This document shows positions 9,427-19,954 of a DNA stretch of 64,000 nucleotides, one piece after another. Made by a program: the position numbers and the translations under genes. Location: IMG/VR virus record IMGVR_UViG_3300032309_002624, positions 1 through 64,000 of that record; one strand, given 5' to 3'. The DNA comes from a virus. The notes below the pieces were generated by a model, which saw nothing but the letters and a program-made list of their open reading frames with translations, was not told the origin of the DNA and made no database searches. How positions within the stretch are numbered: position 1 is the stretch's first letter; each line of letters begins with the position of its first letter.

Positions 9427-9628
9427 TATTTCTTTCTTGATACGTTTTTAATACTCTATTGTAGAGTTCTTCCACCTTATCTAAATAAAGTGTACTCTTA
9501 ATTATCGAATCCTTTGTAAATTCGAAATCTGAAGACAGAAGGTCTAAGTATTCAACTAATTTAGTATTAGGTAAATCTTTTAGATTTGTTATCTCATTTA
9601 TAATTTCTTCAAATTTTTCGTCTTTCAT
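9416..9628 (-). CDS. Hypothetical protein
   Basis: 70-aa ORF tightly packed in the operon. Confidence 0.65.
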   Translation of the reverse strand: MKDEKFEEIINEITNLKDLPNTKLVEYLDLLSSDFEFTKDSIIKSTLYLDKVEELYNRVLKTYQERNNGK

Positions 9629-9629
9629 C

Positions 9630-11729
9630 TTATAATTTTTTTCCGAAACCTGGTCCTGAAAGTGTCATAACTTCAACTTTACCGTTTTCCGATTCTTCTT
9701 TATCTAATGCTTTATTAGTAACAAGGTTATATAACAGCATCAAATTTGGTGAACCGTCAGGTAATGTTCCTGTCGGAATACCTAAACCCTGTAATCCTTC
9801 AATTGCGTTTGTTGTTGCTCTTTCTGGTGATGTACCTGGTAACAAACTGGCTAGTGTTAGTAATGGTAATGGTATTTCATTACCTGGTCTTCTTATTATC
9901 TGACCAACTAAATTCAATAGAAGTAAAATATTATCTAAAAGGCTTTTACATTTCCTATAATCATTAATCAATTGTGATACTATTAGTGTTAGTTGTACTA
10001 ACCTTAGAATTATCGTGTATTTCTTAAGAACTTTTGACTTAGCAGCATCTGCAATAATTATGGAAACTAGATTGACTATGTCTTTCTTTAAAATTTCGTA
10101 CAAAACTTTAAGAAACTCTGAATTAACTTTTGATATTACTTGTATTGAAAAAGTTCTATATTTTTTTAGAAAATCCGCACCACTATTGACGATATTACTA
10201 CCTTGTTTTCCAATATCCGCACCTGCATTTCCTATATTAGTTGTTACAGTGTTTGCTGATGCAATAAAAGTGTTAACGCTTGATACCGCTTGGTTATATG
10301 TATAAGTTGCCCCTGACTGAACCACAGATAGTAGTGTGTATAATGGCAGTAAATTTTTTGGAGTAAGAACTCCCGCAGCAACGGCTAATGGTATTTTTTT
10401 AATTACGTTCTTGTCAATCGACGCTTTTACATTTAAGTTTGCAGGACCTGTCAAACTCCAAGCAGGGTTGTTTGATATTGAGTCGATAATAGTTTCTAGT
10501 ACCGCAACCTGTTCTTCTACTGTTGTCCCGCTTTCGGTGTCTCTGAATTCAATTAACTCATCTACTAAAACCTCATAGTCAACAGGTAATTTTATATTAT
10601 CACAATCCACAAACTCCATAATACCGTTTTGGATATTTGATATCTCAACCTCAATATTACGTAAATCAATTTCATTAAATTCAAAAAATGAATCATCGAC
10701 ACCATCCAGTTCCGCAACTTTTGCCACACCACTTACGTCTATTTCTCTTCTATCGTCAAAACATAAACCTAAAACTCTTGCCACAATTAAACTAAACTTA
10801 CTTTGATTATCCAATGCTCCATACCCAACTTGAGCTTGAATATTCATAGCCCCTGAAAGTAAGTTAACAATCTGAGCCCCAACATCTACAGTATCAATTA
10901 ATTTGATTGTACTATAATAATCTGAAATAAATTCACCAACATTATTTGTTAAATTTCCTTGACCGTCTTCTCTATCGACGAGAATGATTCTGTAATAATC
11001 GCCAGTAACACCAAAACTATTTGTTTTTGTGTATTGAATGTCAAAAAGATTTTGTCCTGATTTACCTAAGTAGTTTTTACCATTTATTTGACTAAATGAC
11101 CTATCTTGATTGTCCGATGTCATAAGGTTATATAGTTGTTTGTTCATTGGGAATGGAACTTCACCACCATAAGGCTTAAATTTCGTATCGGCAGATGGGT
11201 CGGGTTTTTCATAATAAACTTTACCGAATTGTGTTTCAGGAGATTGTTTTAGGTTAGAAAAAAAATCTAACGAGTTTACTGGAATATAAATTCCTTCTTG
11301 TTGTGGTCTAAGGGGTAATGGTTGTAGTGATAGGTTTTGCGCAGACACACCATTATAGGTTTGTTCAATTGAACATCCTAACGCCTTAATGGTTTCCTCT
11401 TTCATGATGTTAACCATTTTCGGCTCAATTGTTGCCGCCGCTTCTAAAATTTTTTTTCGTAAATAATTTAAGGTTGCTGAACCGTTACCTTGAGTTTGTC
11501 CTAAGAAACCAAGTAATTGGTCCATAGAATTTGGAGGGTCTTTTTGAAACCTTTTCTGTAAATCCCTTACTTTATCAAGTTGACCTGAAATCTTTGATGT
11601 TGCCTCGGATGACGAATTTGCCAATTTCCCCAAAAAAGATTTTTCAGAAGTTGAAACATCGGCATAGGTCTTGAATGCATCTAATTTACTTGAAATAGAT
11701 TGTTGGGTTGAGTTTAAATCTAACGGCAT
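9630..11729 (-). CDS. Large hypothetical protein, probably structural
   Basis: 699-aa ORF downstream of a late motif, upstream of the gp5-like gene. Confidence 0.65.
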   Translation of the reverse strand: MPLDLNSTQQSISSKLDAFKTYADVSTSEKSFLGKLANSSSEATSKISGQLDKVRDLQKRFQKDPPNSMDQLLGFLGQTQGNGSATLNYLRKKILEAAATIEPKMVNIMKEETIKALGCSIEQTYNGVSAQNLSLQPLPLRPQQEGIYIPVNSLDFFSNLKQSPETQFGKVYYEKPDPSADTKFKPYGGEVPFPMNKQLYNLMTSDNQDRSFSQINGKNYLGKSGQNLFDIQYTKTNSFGVTGDYYRIILVDREDGQGNLTNNVGEFISDYYSTIKLIDTVDVGAQIVNLLSGAMNIQAQVGYGALDNQSKFSLIVARVLGLCFDDRREIDVSGVAKVAELDGVDDSFFEFNEIDLRNIEVEISNIQNGIMEFVDCDNIKLPVDYEVLVDELIEFRDTESGTTVEEQVAVLETIIDSISNNPAWSLTGPANLNVKASIDKNVIKKIPLAVAAGVLTPKNLLPLYTLLSVVQSGATYTYNQAVSSVNTFIASANTVTTNIGNAGADIGKQGSNIVNSGADFLKKYRTFSIQVISKVNSEFLKVLYEILKKDIVNLVSIIIADAAKSKVLKKYTIILRLVQLTLIVSQLINDYRKCKSLLDNILLLLNLVGQIIRRPGNEIPLPLLTLASLLPGTSPERATTNAIEGLQGLGIPTGTLPDGSPNLMLLYNLVTNKALDKEESENGKVEVMTLSGPGFGKKL

Positions 11730-11731
11730 AC

Positions 11732-12100
11732 TTATTTCATTTTATATGATTCCTCGTCATTGGAAACATCTCTTTCAATAAGGTTCTGTATTAAATCGTC
11801 GTCTAAATCTGCAAGTGAAAATGACTCTTCTTTGTTGTTGTTTGATTTTTCCCAAATACCTGATTGAAGTTTAGATAAACTAATCTTCTTCTCAACGCAA
11901 TCATTTACAATCTTTTGTTGTTTTTCAATAACAGGACCTATAGTTGTCATATCCTCAGGGTCCTTCAGCATTGATAACATCTTATTTTGAATTCTGATTG
12001 CAGTCTGTCTTTGCTCAACAAGTTCATTATAGATTTCTTGCATGAGAGATAATATTGAATCTTTTGTGAAATTAATTTCTTTTCTCTGTGGTCTCGGCAT
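11732..12100 (-). CDS. Hypothetical helical protein
   Basis: 122-aa ORF; TATTTAT (12105-12111) 4 nt upstream. Confidence 0.7.
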   Translation of the reverse strand: MPRPQRKEINFTKDSILSLMQEIYNELVEQRQTAIRIQNKMLSMLKDPEDMTTIGPVIEKQQKIVNDCVEKKISLSKLQSGIWEKSNNNKEESFSLADLDDDLIQNLIERDVSNDEESYKMK

Positions 12101-12119
12101 ATCTATAAATACTTTTTTG

Positions 12120-12866
12120 TTAGTTTTTCATTCTTACTTGAATAACTCCATACAATTTTTTGAATCTTTTGATAGAACTACGTATTTCTTTGGTACTTAA
12201 GTTTGTCATTTCTCTTAATGAAAGAAGAATAACATTTTTGTTAAATTTATTATTATCTGCACCAGAAAATATTTTTTCGTAGTTATCAAATAAATCAATT
12301 AAGGCATACCCAAGCTTTGTTTCGTTTTCGTTCAATTGTTCAGAATCGATAAAATCTTTGAGTTCTTTTAAATACTCATTGATTATTGCATCTGTTTCGA
12401 CAATATCGTCATCGATTCTATATGACATATCAGCCCTTTCTTCTAAGCTAGAAGATATATCTTCGTATGATATTTTTCTATTGGTTTCTTTTTGGTCTTT
12501 GATGATTTGACCCATCAAATAGTTTTTACAAATAGTACCAAAGTAAGAATAAGCCTTTTTGTTCTTGTCTGGTTTGAACTTATCGACTTTTGTCATTAAA
12601 AAGGAATGAGTATCTGTATGAATTTCTTCAAAATCCATATCCTTTCTATATAATTTATATCGCCTAATGATAGATGAAATCATCTTATCAAGAGGAGCCT
12701 TTAAAAATTCGTTATAAATCTTATTTTTTTCGTATGATGTTTCGGCAATAAGAAAATTTCTAACAGCCTCCTCTTCTCTTACATCAAAATAATTTAAATT
12801 GACCGCCTTTCTTCCTCTTTTTTTAGATAAAACATCTTCTGTTGTGGCAGAGAGTGTTTCTTGCAT
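12120..12866 (-). CDS. Phage RNA polymerase sigma factor, gp55-like
   Basis: NYFD...LDKMISSIIRRY...DKFKPDK.KKAYSYFGTICKNYL matches region 2 of T4-type late sigma factors. Confidence 0.7.
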   Translation of the reverse strand: MQETLSATTEDVLSKKRGRKAVNLNYFDVREEEAVRNFLIAETSYEKNKIYNEFLKAPLDKMISSIIRRYKLYRKDMDFEEIHTDTHSFLMTKVDKFKPDKNKKAYSYFGTICKNYLMGQIIKDQKETNRKISYEDISSSLEERADMSYRIDDDIVETDAIINEYLKELKDFIDSEQLNENETKLGYALIDLFDNYEKIFSGADNNKFNKNVILLSLREMTNLSTKEIRSSIKRFKKLYGVIQVRMKN

Positions 12867-13673
12867 TTATGCATTTTCAGATTGATATTTTATGACTCTA
12901 TCGTCTGTGAAGAAATATTCTCTTTTCGCTGTTTGAATCCAAAATTTAACCTCGTCTTCAACCATTTTACTTTCTCCGAACTTATAATTCCAGAAAATAG
13001 AACCTTCTCTTAAGTTAACGTGCTTGTAGCCAAGTCGAGGAATTGTCATGATTGATACTGAATTGTATGATAATCTTAGTAAAAATTCATAAATAAATGT
13101 TAGTTTGATTGACGGTTTGAATCCACCAAAATCTTCGATTATTGATTTTTTAAATACGGAACCAGCAGTTTGAAAATTTTGATATTCTTGTAAAGTTTCA
13201 TTTGTTAACATTCCCATTTCTTGTGAGAAATTTGCTGCGAATGTTGCCTCATTTGTGAATCCTGCGAACATACCTTTTTCATCTGTTTCTACCACAACAG
13301 GTAAGAACATTTGTACTTCAGGATATGATTCAACATACTTCTGAACATTTTTAAACCAAATTGATGAGTATTCATCGTCGAATTCGAAAAGGGAAACCCA
13401 CGTACCTTTTGCATTTTTAATACCGTAATTTACTTGGTCGGCGTAATTAGGGTCTTTATCCCATAACAATTTTGTAACATTTAAATCTCCAAAATCGTAA
13501 GATTCTAAATGTTCAATCAAAGATTGTTCTTTAGTATGGACGATTACCAATTCCTCAAATTTGATTTGTTGGTTTTTTAAAGACATAATTGCCTTTTCAA
13601 AGTATTCGTTAAAATCTTTTGCCTTAGATGATTTAACTGGTAGTATTACTGATAATGATAATGTATTGCTCAT
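12867..13673 (-). CDS. Glycosyltransferase family 2-like
   Basis: LSVILPV start, NYGIKNAKG.WVSLFEFDDEY (DXD-like). Confidence 0.8.
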   Translation of the reverse strand: MSNTLSLSVILPVKSSKAKDFNEYFEKAIMSLKNQQIKFEELVIVHTKEQSLIEHLESYDFGDLNVTKLLWDKDPNYADQVNYGIKNAKGTWVSLFEFDDEYSSIWFKNVQKYVESYPEVQMFLPVVVETDEKGMFAGFTNEATFAANFSQEMGMLTNETLQEYQNFQTAGSVFKKSIIEDFGGFKPSIKLTFIYEFLLRLSYNSVSIMTIPRLGYKHVNLREGSIFWNYKFGESKMVEDEVKFWIQTAKREYFFTDDRVIKYQSENA

Positions 13674-13674
13674 A

Positions 13675-14727
13675 TTATTCTTCTGTTTTAGAAATTTGAT
13701 TTTCGAATGAGTCCGCTCTATTTTTCAAATACCCTTCGAATAATGAAACGATTGATAACTCAAATTTTTGTTTATCCGAATATCGGTCAACTGTGGTTTT
13801 CATTTTATCGAAAATAACAGGGTCGATATTGTCTTCCAACCAATTTTGTACGTAATCCGCAACAACATCGGCAAGTAATGTTTCGTCTGTAATCCATATA
13901 CCATTATCCTCTGTCATCCAATCAGGTGAGAGATTAGGTACTTTACCGATTACAGGAACATTTGACTTCATCGACTCTAATGGGAATGTACCGAATGCAC
14001 TGTCATCATCAATCCAAACACTTATAAAACAATCTCTAAGTGAATTAGCGAATTCTTTTTCTGAAAGACCTCTCAGGTCTCTGAATGTGAACCACCTATA
14101 TTGTGGAAATTTTAAATAGAAAGTTTTGATTAAGTTAACGGTATCACTCTGTTCTTTTGAGTGGACTCCAATAATTGGCATAGGAGGGGTTGATTTAGGT
14201 GTGAACTCTTCACTAATCAAAGGTTCAACAATATCATATGATATTTGCCTCATAACTCTCTCAATATACTCTTTTTGTTTGTTAGATGTTGTTATACACT
14301 TCAAAAATCCGAATTGATTCCATGTCTGACCTGGTTGTAATGTCTCTAACATATGAGCATATTGTTGGGTCAAAACTATTTTAGCACAAGGTAGTTGTTT
14401 TACTTGGTCCATCACGAATCCAAAAATTTCAGGGACAACTAAAAAATCTTCTGGTGAAATTTCCAAGTTTTGACCTTCAATTGCTTTATGAGGTAATGAC
14501 ATATACTCCTCATCTAACCACGCAATTACACCAGCATAATCCGCTTTTTCGTGTAAGATGATTGGATTAAATCCGTTGTCCTTTAATGTTTTTGCCATTT
14601 GATATATGAGCCTAACAGAAGCCTTGGCGTTACCCTTAGTATCTTGAACTAAAAAATATATTCTGGCTTGTTTGTCCCTCAATATATTGATGGATTGTTT
14701 TACTTTTTCCTGTAATTGATTTTCCAT
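13675..14727 (-). CDS. GT-B fold glycosyltransferase (GT4-like)
   Basis: VVPEIF, AFGTFPLESMKSNVPVIG resembles the FG.P.LEAM..G.PVI signature. Confidence 0.75.
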   Translation of the reverse strand: MENQLQEKVKQSINILRDKQARIYFLVQDTKGNAKASVRLIYQMAKTLKDNGFNPIILHEKADYAGVIAWLDEEYMSLPHKAIEGQNLEISPEDFLVVPEIFGFVMDQVKQLPCAKIVLTQQYAHMLETLQPGQTWNQFGFLKCITTSNKQKEYIERVMRQISYDIVEPLISEEFTPKSTPPMPIIGVHSKEQSDTVNLIKTFYLKFPQYRWFTFRDLRGLSEKEFANSLRDCFISVWIDDDSAFGTFPLESMKSNVPVIGKVPNLSPDWMTEDNGIWITDETLLADVVADYVQNWLEDNIDPVIFDKMKTTVDRYSDKQKFELSIVSLFEGYLKNRADSFENQISKTEE

Positions 14728-14728
14728 A

Positions 14729-15013
14729 TTAATAATGATTGATTAATTTTTTATTTAATAAACTATTAAATGCAATTCTAAACGGAATACTTGTATTGGA
14801 ATTTGACTTCATTCCAAGTTTTTCGTCCATAATTTCTTGTTCGGTCAAAATAGTTTCTAATAACATTTTAACCATTTCAAATTTAATAATGTTGATTCTC
14901 GTTTCTGTTGTACCTGTAGATGATTCGGTTGAATTTTCGTCTTGACCCATATCAAGATAATCTTCAATTTTATCCAAATCAATGAAATAATTCTCTCCTA
15001 AAACTGGTATCAT
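14729..15013 (-). CDS. Hypothetical protein
   Basis: 94-aa ORF, ATGA-coupled within the operon. Confidence 0.7.
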   Translation of the reverse strand: MIPVLGENYFIDLDKIEDYLDMGQDENSTESSTGTTETRINIIKFEMVKMLLETILTEQEIMDEKLGMKSNSNTSIPFRIAFNSLLNKKLINHY

Positions 15014-15603
15014 AGTATCTCTTGTATTTTTGTTTTGAGTTCTTTCAAACTCGATATGTTGTGTTCAGTATCAATATTTCCGTTATATGTGGTATTGAAT
15101 TTAATCACAATTTTATTTTTTGGATGGTTTAATAATAGGTTAGGATTTGCAGTAAGTAAAACGTCTACAGATTCCCACAGAGAATTTATTGTACTTTCAC
15201 TATAAAACTTTACCGCCTCAACTAAACAACCAAATTTTGATATGAAGAATAGGGACGCTGGTTTTGATTTGCCTATTTCATCGGAAACTATAAGAATATC
15301 GTGTTCGTCTCTCATATCCAAGTAGAATTCATTGAAATCCAATAATCCCGAAGGTTCTACAGAACCCGCGTGACCGAATATTTCCATAGTATGTTCTTTA
15401 TATAAAAAATCATACAACTCATCCTCATTTTTAAATTTCAAATGTTTTGCAATATCTAATGAATTTAAATCCGATAACACCTCGTATTTAAAGTCATCAT
15501 CCCCTTCGTCAAAAGGATTGTTGATGTACCACTTTTCATACTCCTGTTGTATTTTTTTTAGAGTGTCTCTGAGTACTCCATTTATTTCTATTGCTATTTT
15601 CAT
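15010..15603 (-). CDS. 5'(3')-deoxyribonucleotidase-like HAD-fold protein with degenerate active site
   Basis: MKIAIEINGVLRD resembles IAIDxDGVLxD; C-terminal IKFNTTYN. Confidence 0.55.
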   Translation of the reverse strand: MKIAIEINGVLRDTLKKIQQEYEKWYINNPFDEGDDDFKYEVLSDLNSLDIAKHLKFKNEDELYDFLYKEHTMEIFGHAGSVEPSGLLDFNEFYLDMRDEHDILIVSDEIGKSKPASLFFISKFGCLVEAVKFYSESTINSLWESVDVLLTANPNLLLNHPKNKIVIKFNTTYNGNIDTEHNISSLKELKTKIQEIL

Positions 15604-16334
15604 TCTTCGTATCTTTCTAATATGTCTGATATTAATGGATTTCTTACAATATCTGTTGGTTTAAATTCAAATACCCCAATGTCATTCATATTTTGAAACT
15701 TTTTCAATGCATCCCAAAGACCTGTTTGAGTTTTGTCTTTGTGTCTGTCAAATTGTTCCAAGTCACCTGAAATAAAAAATTTGGAATTAAAACCAATTCT
15801 CGTTAGTAATAATTTCATTTGACTTGGTGTAGAATTCTGTGCCTCTTCGAATATTAGAATTGAATTATCAATATTCATTCCTCTCATATATGCCAAAGCA
15901 AATACCTCAATCGCCTCAATTTCTTTTAATTTTTCACGGGACTCTTTTCCTATTATTTTATTTAAAAGATAGTAAGATGGAAAGATATATGGGTCTAATT
16001 TTTCTTCGACACCACCAGGTAAACTACCTAATTTTTCTTCCGCTTCTACTGCTGGTCTGACAATTATTATTTTTTCGTATGGTGTGGTTGGGTCTGATAA
16101 TAAATCGACAGCACATTTCATTGCTATATAACTTTTACCAACACCCGCAGGTCCAGAACATATTGTTATTTGGTTTGTAGATAATTTATCGTAATATTCT
16201 TTTTGACTATCTGATAAAAATTTTTCTTTAGTTTTTCTTTTTATGATTGAACAGATTTGTTGTTTCTTATTTCTCATAGGAACCTCATCGTTCGATAAAG
16301 TTGCTGTAGGTCTCGGTTTTGTTAATTTACCCAT
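15600..16334 (-). CDS. phoH: PhoH family ATPase
   Basis: GPAGVGKS, RPAVEAEEKLGSLPG, AYMRG, EEAQN, SGDLEQ. Confidence 0.95.
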   Translation of the reverse strand: MGKLTKPRPTATLSNDEVPMRNKKQQICSIIKRKTKEKFLSDSQKEYYDKLSTNQITICSGPAGVGKSYIAMKCAVDLLSDPTTPYEKIIIVRPAVEAEEKLGSLPGGVEEKLDPYIFPSYYLLNKIIGKESREKLKEIEAIEVFALAYMRGMNIDNSILIFEEAQNSTPSQMKLLLTRIGFNSKFFISGDLEQFDRHKDKTQTGLWDALKKFQNMNDIGVFEFKPTDIVRNPLISDILERYEE

Positions 16335-16340
16335 TTTTAG

Positions 16341-17432
16341 TTATTTAATTTTATGTCTTTCAACACTACCAATTTCTCTTTTGAAAATTGTTTCTCCATC
16401 AGGACTTTCATAAATCCATTTGGTTTCCAATTCTTTTTTGTCAACCTGTGCCTTAATCCATTGGTATGTTTTTTTAAGTCCGATTGAAAGTGGTTGACTA
16501 ACTTCCCATCCGATTTTTTCTCTATATAATTTGTTATCTGAATTTCTACCTTGAACGCCTAAAGGACATTTGAATCCGTACTTCTGAACAAATTCTTCCC
16601 CATCAATATTTTTGATGTTAATATCTTTTTCTGATATTGCAATTGCCATTGAAGCAAGTTGATTAATGGTTACCATCTCCTCACTACCAATGTTAACAGG
16701 TCCTGTAAATTCTGACTCCATTAATCTCAATACAGCTTCAACACATTCATCCACATATAAGAAAGAACGAGTTTGCATTCCTGTACCCCAAACTTCGATT
16801 TCACCTCCGTTTGATGTTTCTGCTGCTTTTCTACACATCGCAGCTGGTGATTTTTCTCTACCACCAATCCATGTACCTTGTGGGCCAAAAATGTTGTGGA
16901 ATCTTGCTACTCTAACATTTAAACCATAATTTCTGTGGAATGCCAAGAATAATCTTTCTGAAAATAGTTTTTCCCATCCGTATTCAGAATCAGGATTTGC
17001 GGGATATGCTGACGATTCTTCACAGTTTGGATTTTCAGGGTCCAACTGATTGTGTTCAGGATACATACAAGCAGATGATGAGTAGAATACCTTACCAACT
17101 TTTTTCTTAACACACTCTCTTGCGACGTTAAGGTTGATTGTTGCTGAGTTGTACATAACATCCGCATCGTGTTCTCCAGTAAAGATGTACAATGCACCAC
17201 CCATGTCGGCAGCTAATTGATATACTTCATCAACACCTTCTTCAATAACAAGCTCAACAACCTTTGGGTCTGTCAAATCCCCCAAGATAAATTCATGACA
17301 AATTTCATCTTGGAAAAAGTATTCGTGTTTTTTTATATCACAAACTCTAACGTGATTTCCTTCTTCTTTTAATCTTTTGGCAAGGTGTCCACCTATGAAT
17401 CCTCCTCCGCCCAATACTACTATTTTTTTCAT
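16341..17432 (-). CDS. NAD-dependent epimerase, GDP-mannose 3,5-epimerase-like
   Basis: GGGGFIG, LAADMGG, YSSSACMYP, YGWEKL, RFHNIFGP.GTW.GGREKSPAAMCRK. Confidence 0.85.
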   Translation of the reverse strand: MKKIVVLGGGGFIGGHLAKRLKEEGNHVRVCDIKKHEYFFQDEICHEFILGDLTDPKVVELVIEEGVDEVYQLAADMGGALYIFTGEHDADVMYNSATINLNVARECVKKKVGKVFYSSSACMYPEHNQLDPENPNCEESSAYPANPDSEYGWEKLFSERLFLAFHRNYGLNVRVARFHNIFGPQGTWIGGREKSPAAMCRKAAETSNGGEIEVWGTGMQTRSFLYVDECVEAVLRLMESEFTGPVNIGSEEMVTINQLASMAIAISEKDINIKNIDGEEFVQKYGFKCPLGVQGRNSDNKLYREKIGWEVSQPLSIGLKKTYQWIKAQVDKKELETKWIYESPDGETIFKREIGSVERHKIK

Positions 17433-17436
17433 TTTT

Positions 17437-18063
17437 TTATTTTTTGAAATAAATCATTCCCCATTTTTCTTTTCTTTCGGGGTTTAGCTCCTCGAGTAGG
17501 TTGAAGTCCTGATATGATGTCCAATCTATATCCTCATCTAATTTGATTGCGTCGGCTTCAGTGTAACTGAATTGATTATACCCTAAATTTGTCAAATGGT
17601 TTATTATTAAGTTAATTTTATTTTTTTGTTCTTCGGCCCATTCAAAGGCAAATACGGTGTTTGGAAGTAATTTCGAAAATGAAGTTAAAACTTCGTACTC
17701 ATATCCCTCAATATCTAATTTGATATAATCAGGAATCCCATATTCATCTATTATATCATCTATTGTTATTGTTTCTACCTCTACTTCTCTCTTCCATTCA
17801 TATAAATCCGTGAATCTTGAGTTGTTAATCCAATCTTCCGAAAATGTTGAAATAGTGTTAGTGTTAGAAATTTTAAAGATTTGTTTTCCTCTATGGTTAG
17901 ATACTCCTCTACCGTCAACAACAACAGGTCTTTTAAAAAATCTATTCTTCAAGTGACTTACTAATGCAGGGTTTGGTTCGAAACAAATTACTTGTTCTGA
18001 ATTATTCAGAAATTCTTCTACTGTATTTCCAACATTTGCACCTATATCTATTACTAGCTTCAT
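17437..18063 (-). CDS. FkbM family methyltransferase
   Basis: IDIGANVG, FEPNP, IKLDIEGYE. Confidence 0.9.
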   Translation of the reverse strand: MKLVIDIGANVGNTVEEFLNNSEQVICFEPNPALVSHLKNRFFKRPVVVDGRGVSNHRGKQIFKISNTNTISTFSEDWINNSRFTDLYEWKREVEVETITIDDIIDEYGIPDYIKLDIEGYEYEVLTSFSKLLPNTVFAFEWAEEQKNKINLIINHLTNLGYNQFSYTEADAIKLDEDIDWTSYQDFNLLEELNPERKEKWGMIYFKK

Positions 18064-18088
18064 AAATTACTTTTCTTATTGTGAACTT

Positions 18089-19018
18089 TTAGTTCATTAT
18101 ATGTTCTAAATATAAATCATTTCCTTCGATTGATACCATTTTTTTATATTCGGCTTTGTCATCACAAACGGTAAAAAAATTGTAATGTGGAGGTATTTTT
18201 ATTTTTTTACTATAGAAAACATAGTTCGCAATTTCACCAAATAAAGAATCATTTCTATCATAAATTTTAATTACTATATCTAAATCATCATTTGTTACGT
18301 TTTTGTATACAACTTTATTTTCAGTGATTTCCAAGAACTCAATTTTTTTCACATTCTCATCGTTGTATCTTACGTAGTTATATCTGATGTCGGACCTTGT
18401 AATGTTTATGTTATTCAAATCTAGCCACAGTTTTAAGTTAGTTTCATTGTGGGTTGAAGTGTTTTCATCTTTTTCAGAAATCCAAAAATCAAACCTGTTC
18501 ATGTATTTTGACATAAGTTCTTTCGGTCCCGCAGCAAACCTATCGTTATATCCATTCCAATCAGACCCTCTAAGTATTGTAATTAAATCATCTTTTAAAT
18601 CCCATTCAAAATCAGATTCGTAAGATATGTCAGGTCTAACTCTCATGACATAATCAAAAGTTATATCATGTTCTTTTTCATATTCTAACATTAATGAATA
18701 GGATTCCTTTATTTGAAGTAGTTGATAATACGAACTTATTGCACCTGACTCTCGATTTAAAATGTAATCTGAGGATTCGAATTTATTAATTTGATAAGAC
18801 AAGTCAGGTAGTTTTGCATCTTCTTCTATCTTTATTTTACCACAATAGTTGTAGATTTCTTTTGGGATTGAAATGTATTTCCCATTCTCTTTTGAGAAAA
18901 TAATGAACAGTTTAACATTAACGTTCGGATTAGAAGTAATAAAAGTTTTGATGATTGACTTGTGGCAATCATCGAAACTTCTATATTGACCTGAAATGCA
19001 AATGGCAAGTTTCTTCAT
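18089..19018 (-). CDS. Putative glycosyltransferase-like protein
   Basis: AICISGQYR...FDYVMRVRPD...NDRFAAG motif set typical of phage GT-like proteins. Confidence 0.6.
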   Translation of the reverse strand: MKKLAICISGQYRSFDDCHKSIIKTFITSNPNVNVKLFIIFSKENGKYISIPKEIYNYCGKIKIEEDAKLPDLSYQINKFESSDYILNRESGAISSYYQLLQIKESYSLMLEYEKEHDITFDYVMRVRPDISYESDFEWDLKDDLITILRGSDWNGYNDRFAAGPKELMSKYMNRFDFWISEKDENTSTHNETNLKLWLDLNNINITRSDIRYNYVRYNDENVKKIEFLEITENKVVYKNVTNDDLDIVIKIYDRNDSLFGEIANYVFYSKKIKIPPHYNFFTVCDDKAEYKKMVSIEGNDLYLEHIMN

Positions 19019-19953
19019 TAATCAAAATATTTTTGATATATCTTAAAGTATTCTACAGTTTTCTCTGGAAGCAAAGTCCAATAATCTTTAAGGTTATCCA
19101 ATAAATTCAATGTATTTCTATATCCGATAACCTCGTTTTCTAAATTCCTAACAAGGTCTTGAGGATTTCTTGCTTGATATACTGACGCTTTTGCAAAAAT
19201 GACAGAGTTTGGAAAATGATGTTGCATTACGTATGCTCCCCAAATGTCATCCATTCTTCCTGTATAAGGGAATACTGAATAATGTTTTAAAACACTTCTG
19301 TGTAAGAATGTATTTTGTGAGTTAAATGGTGTTAGTTGTTTTGTTGTGAACGGTTCAAACGAGTTGAATTTAACAATCGGTTTTTTACTTAATCTACAAA
19401 TTGCATCTATATCAGGGTCACCGTCCCAAAATTCTGCCTGAACCAAAGGTGTCATTTTGACTTTCCCCTTATATTCAATATTATTTTTTACCTGTAAGTA
19501 TTCTATTGGAAATCCTCTATGCCACAGGTCGTTGTGTTCTGTTGTGGATATCGAGTCGAAATATGAACATGATGTGTTTTCATAATTATCAACTTCAATT
19601 TCTTGACCCAGTAATATGTTATCACCCCAGGATTCATATGGAATGTTATCATCATCTACAGTTGCAACAATGTCCGCACCGTTTTGATATGCATAAACAA
19701 ATCCGATATTTCGTCTTTGAATTGTTCTCCATCCGATGGATTCTGATAGTTCAGGATATAATTCATTTTGTTTATCAGGACTTAGATATTCAAAATTTTT
19801 AAATTGTTTTTCTAAATCTTCGTACAAATTGTGTGGAGTTTTTGTATCTCCAATTACGACAAATGTAAAATCTTTTTTGTCGGCAATCGCTGCGAACTTG
19901 AGTGTTGCTTCAGTTGGCGGATTGATTGTTGTTGTGATAATATATTTTTTCAT
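19018..19953 (-). CDS. STELLO / reversibly glycosylated polypeptide (GT75)-like protein
   Basis: TTTINPPTEA, VVIGDTKTP, RRNIGFVYAY..GA, VDDDN, WHRGFP, GDPDIDAI, FNSQNT, RMDDIW. Start placed at the second Met. Confidence 0.7.
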   Translation of the reverse strand: MKKYIITTTINPPTEATLKFAAIADKKDFTFVVIGDTKTPHNLYEDLEKQFKNFEYLSPDKQNELYPELSESIGWRTIQRRNIGFVYAYQNGADIVATVDDDNIPYESWGDNILLGQEIEVDNYENTSCSYFDSISTTEHNDLWHRGFPIEYLQVKNNIEYKGKVKMTPLVQAEFWDGDPDIDAICRLSKKPIVKFNSFEPFTTKQLTPFNSQNTFLHRSVLKHYSVFPYTGRMDDIWGAYVMQHHFPNSVIFAKASVYQARNPQDLVRNLENEVIGYRNTLNLLDNLKDYWTLLPEKTVEYFKIYQKYFD

Positions 19954-19954
19954 A

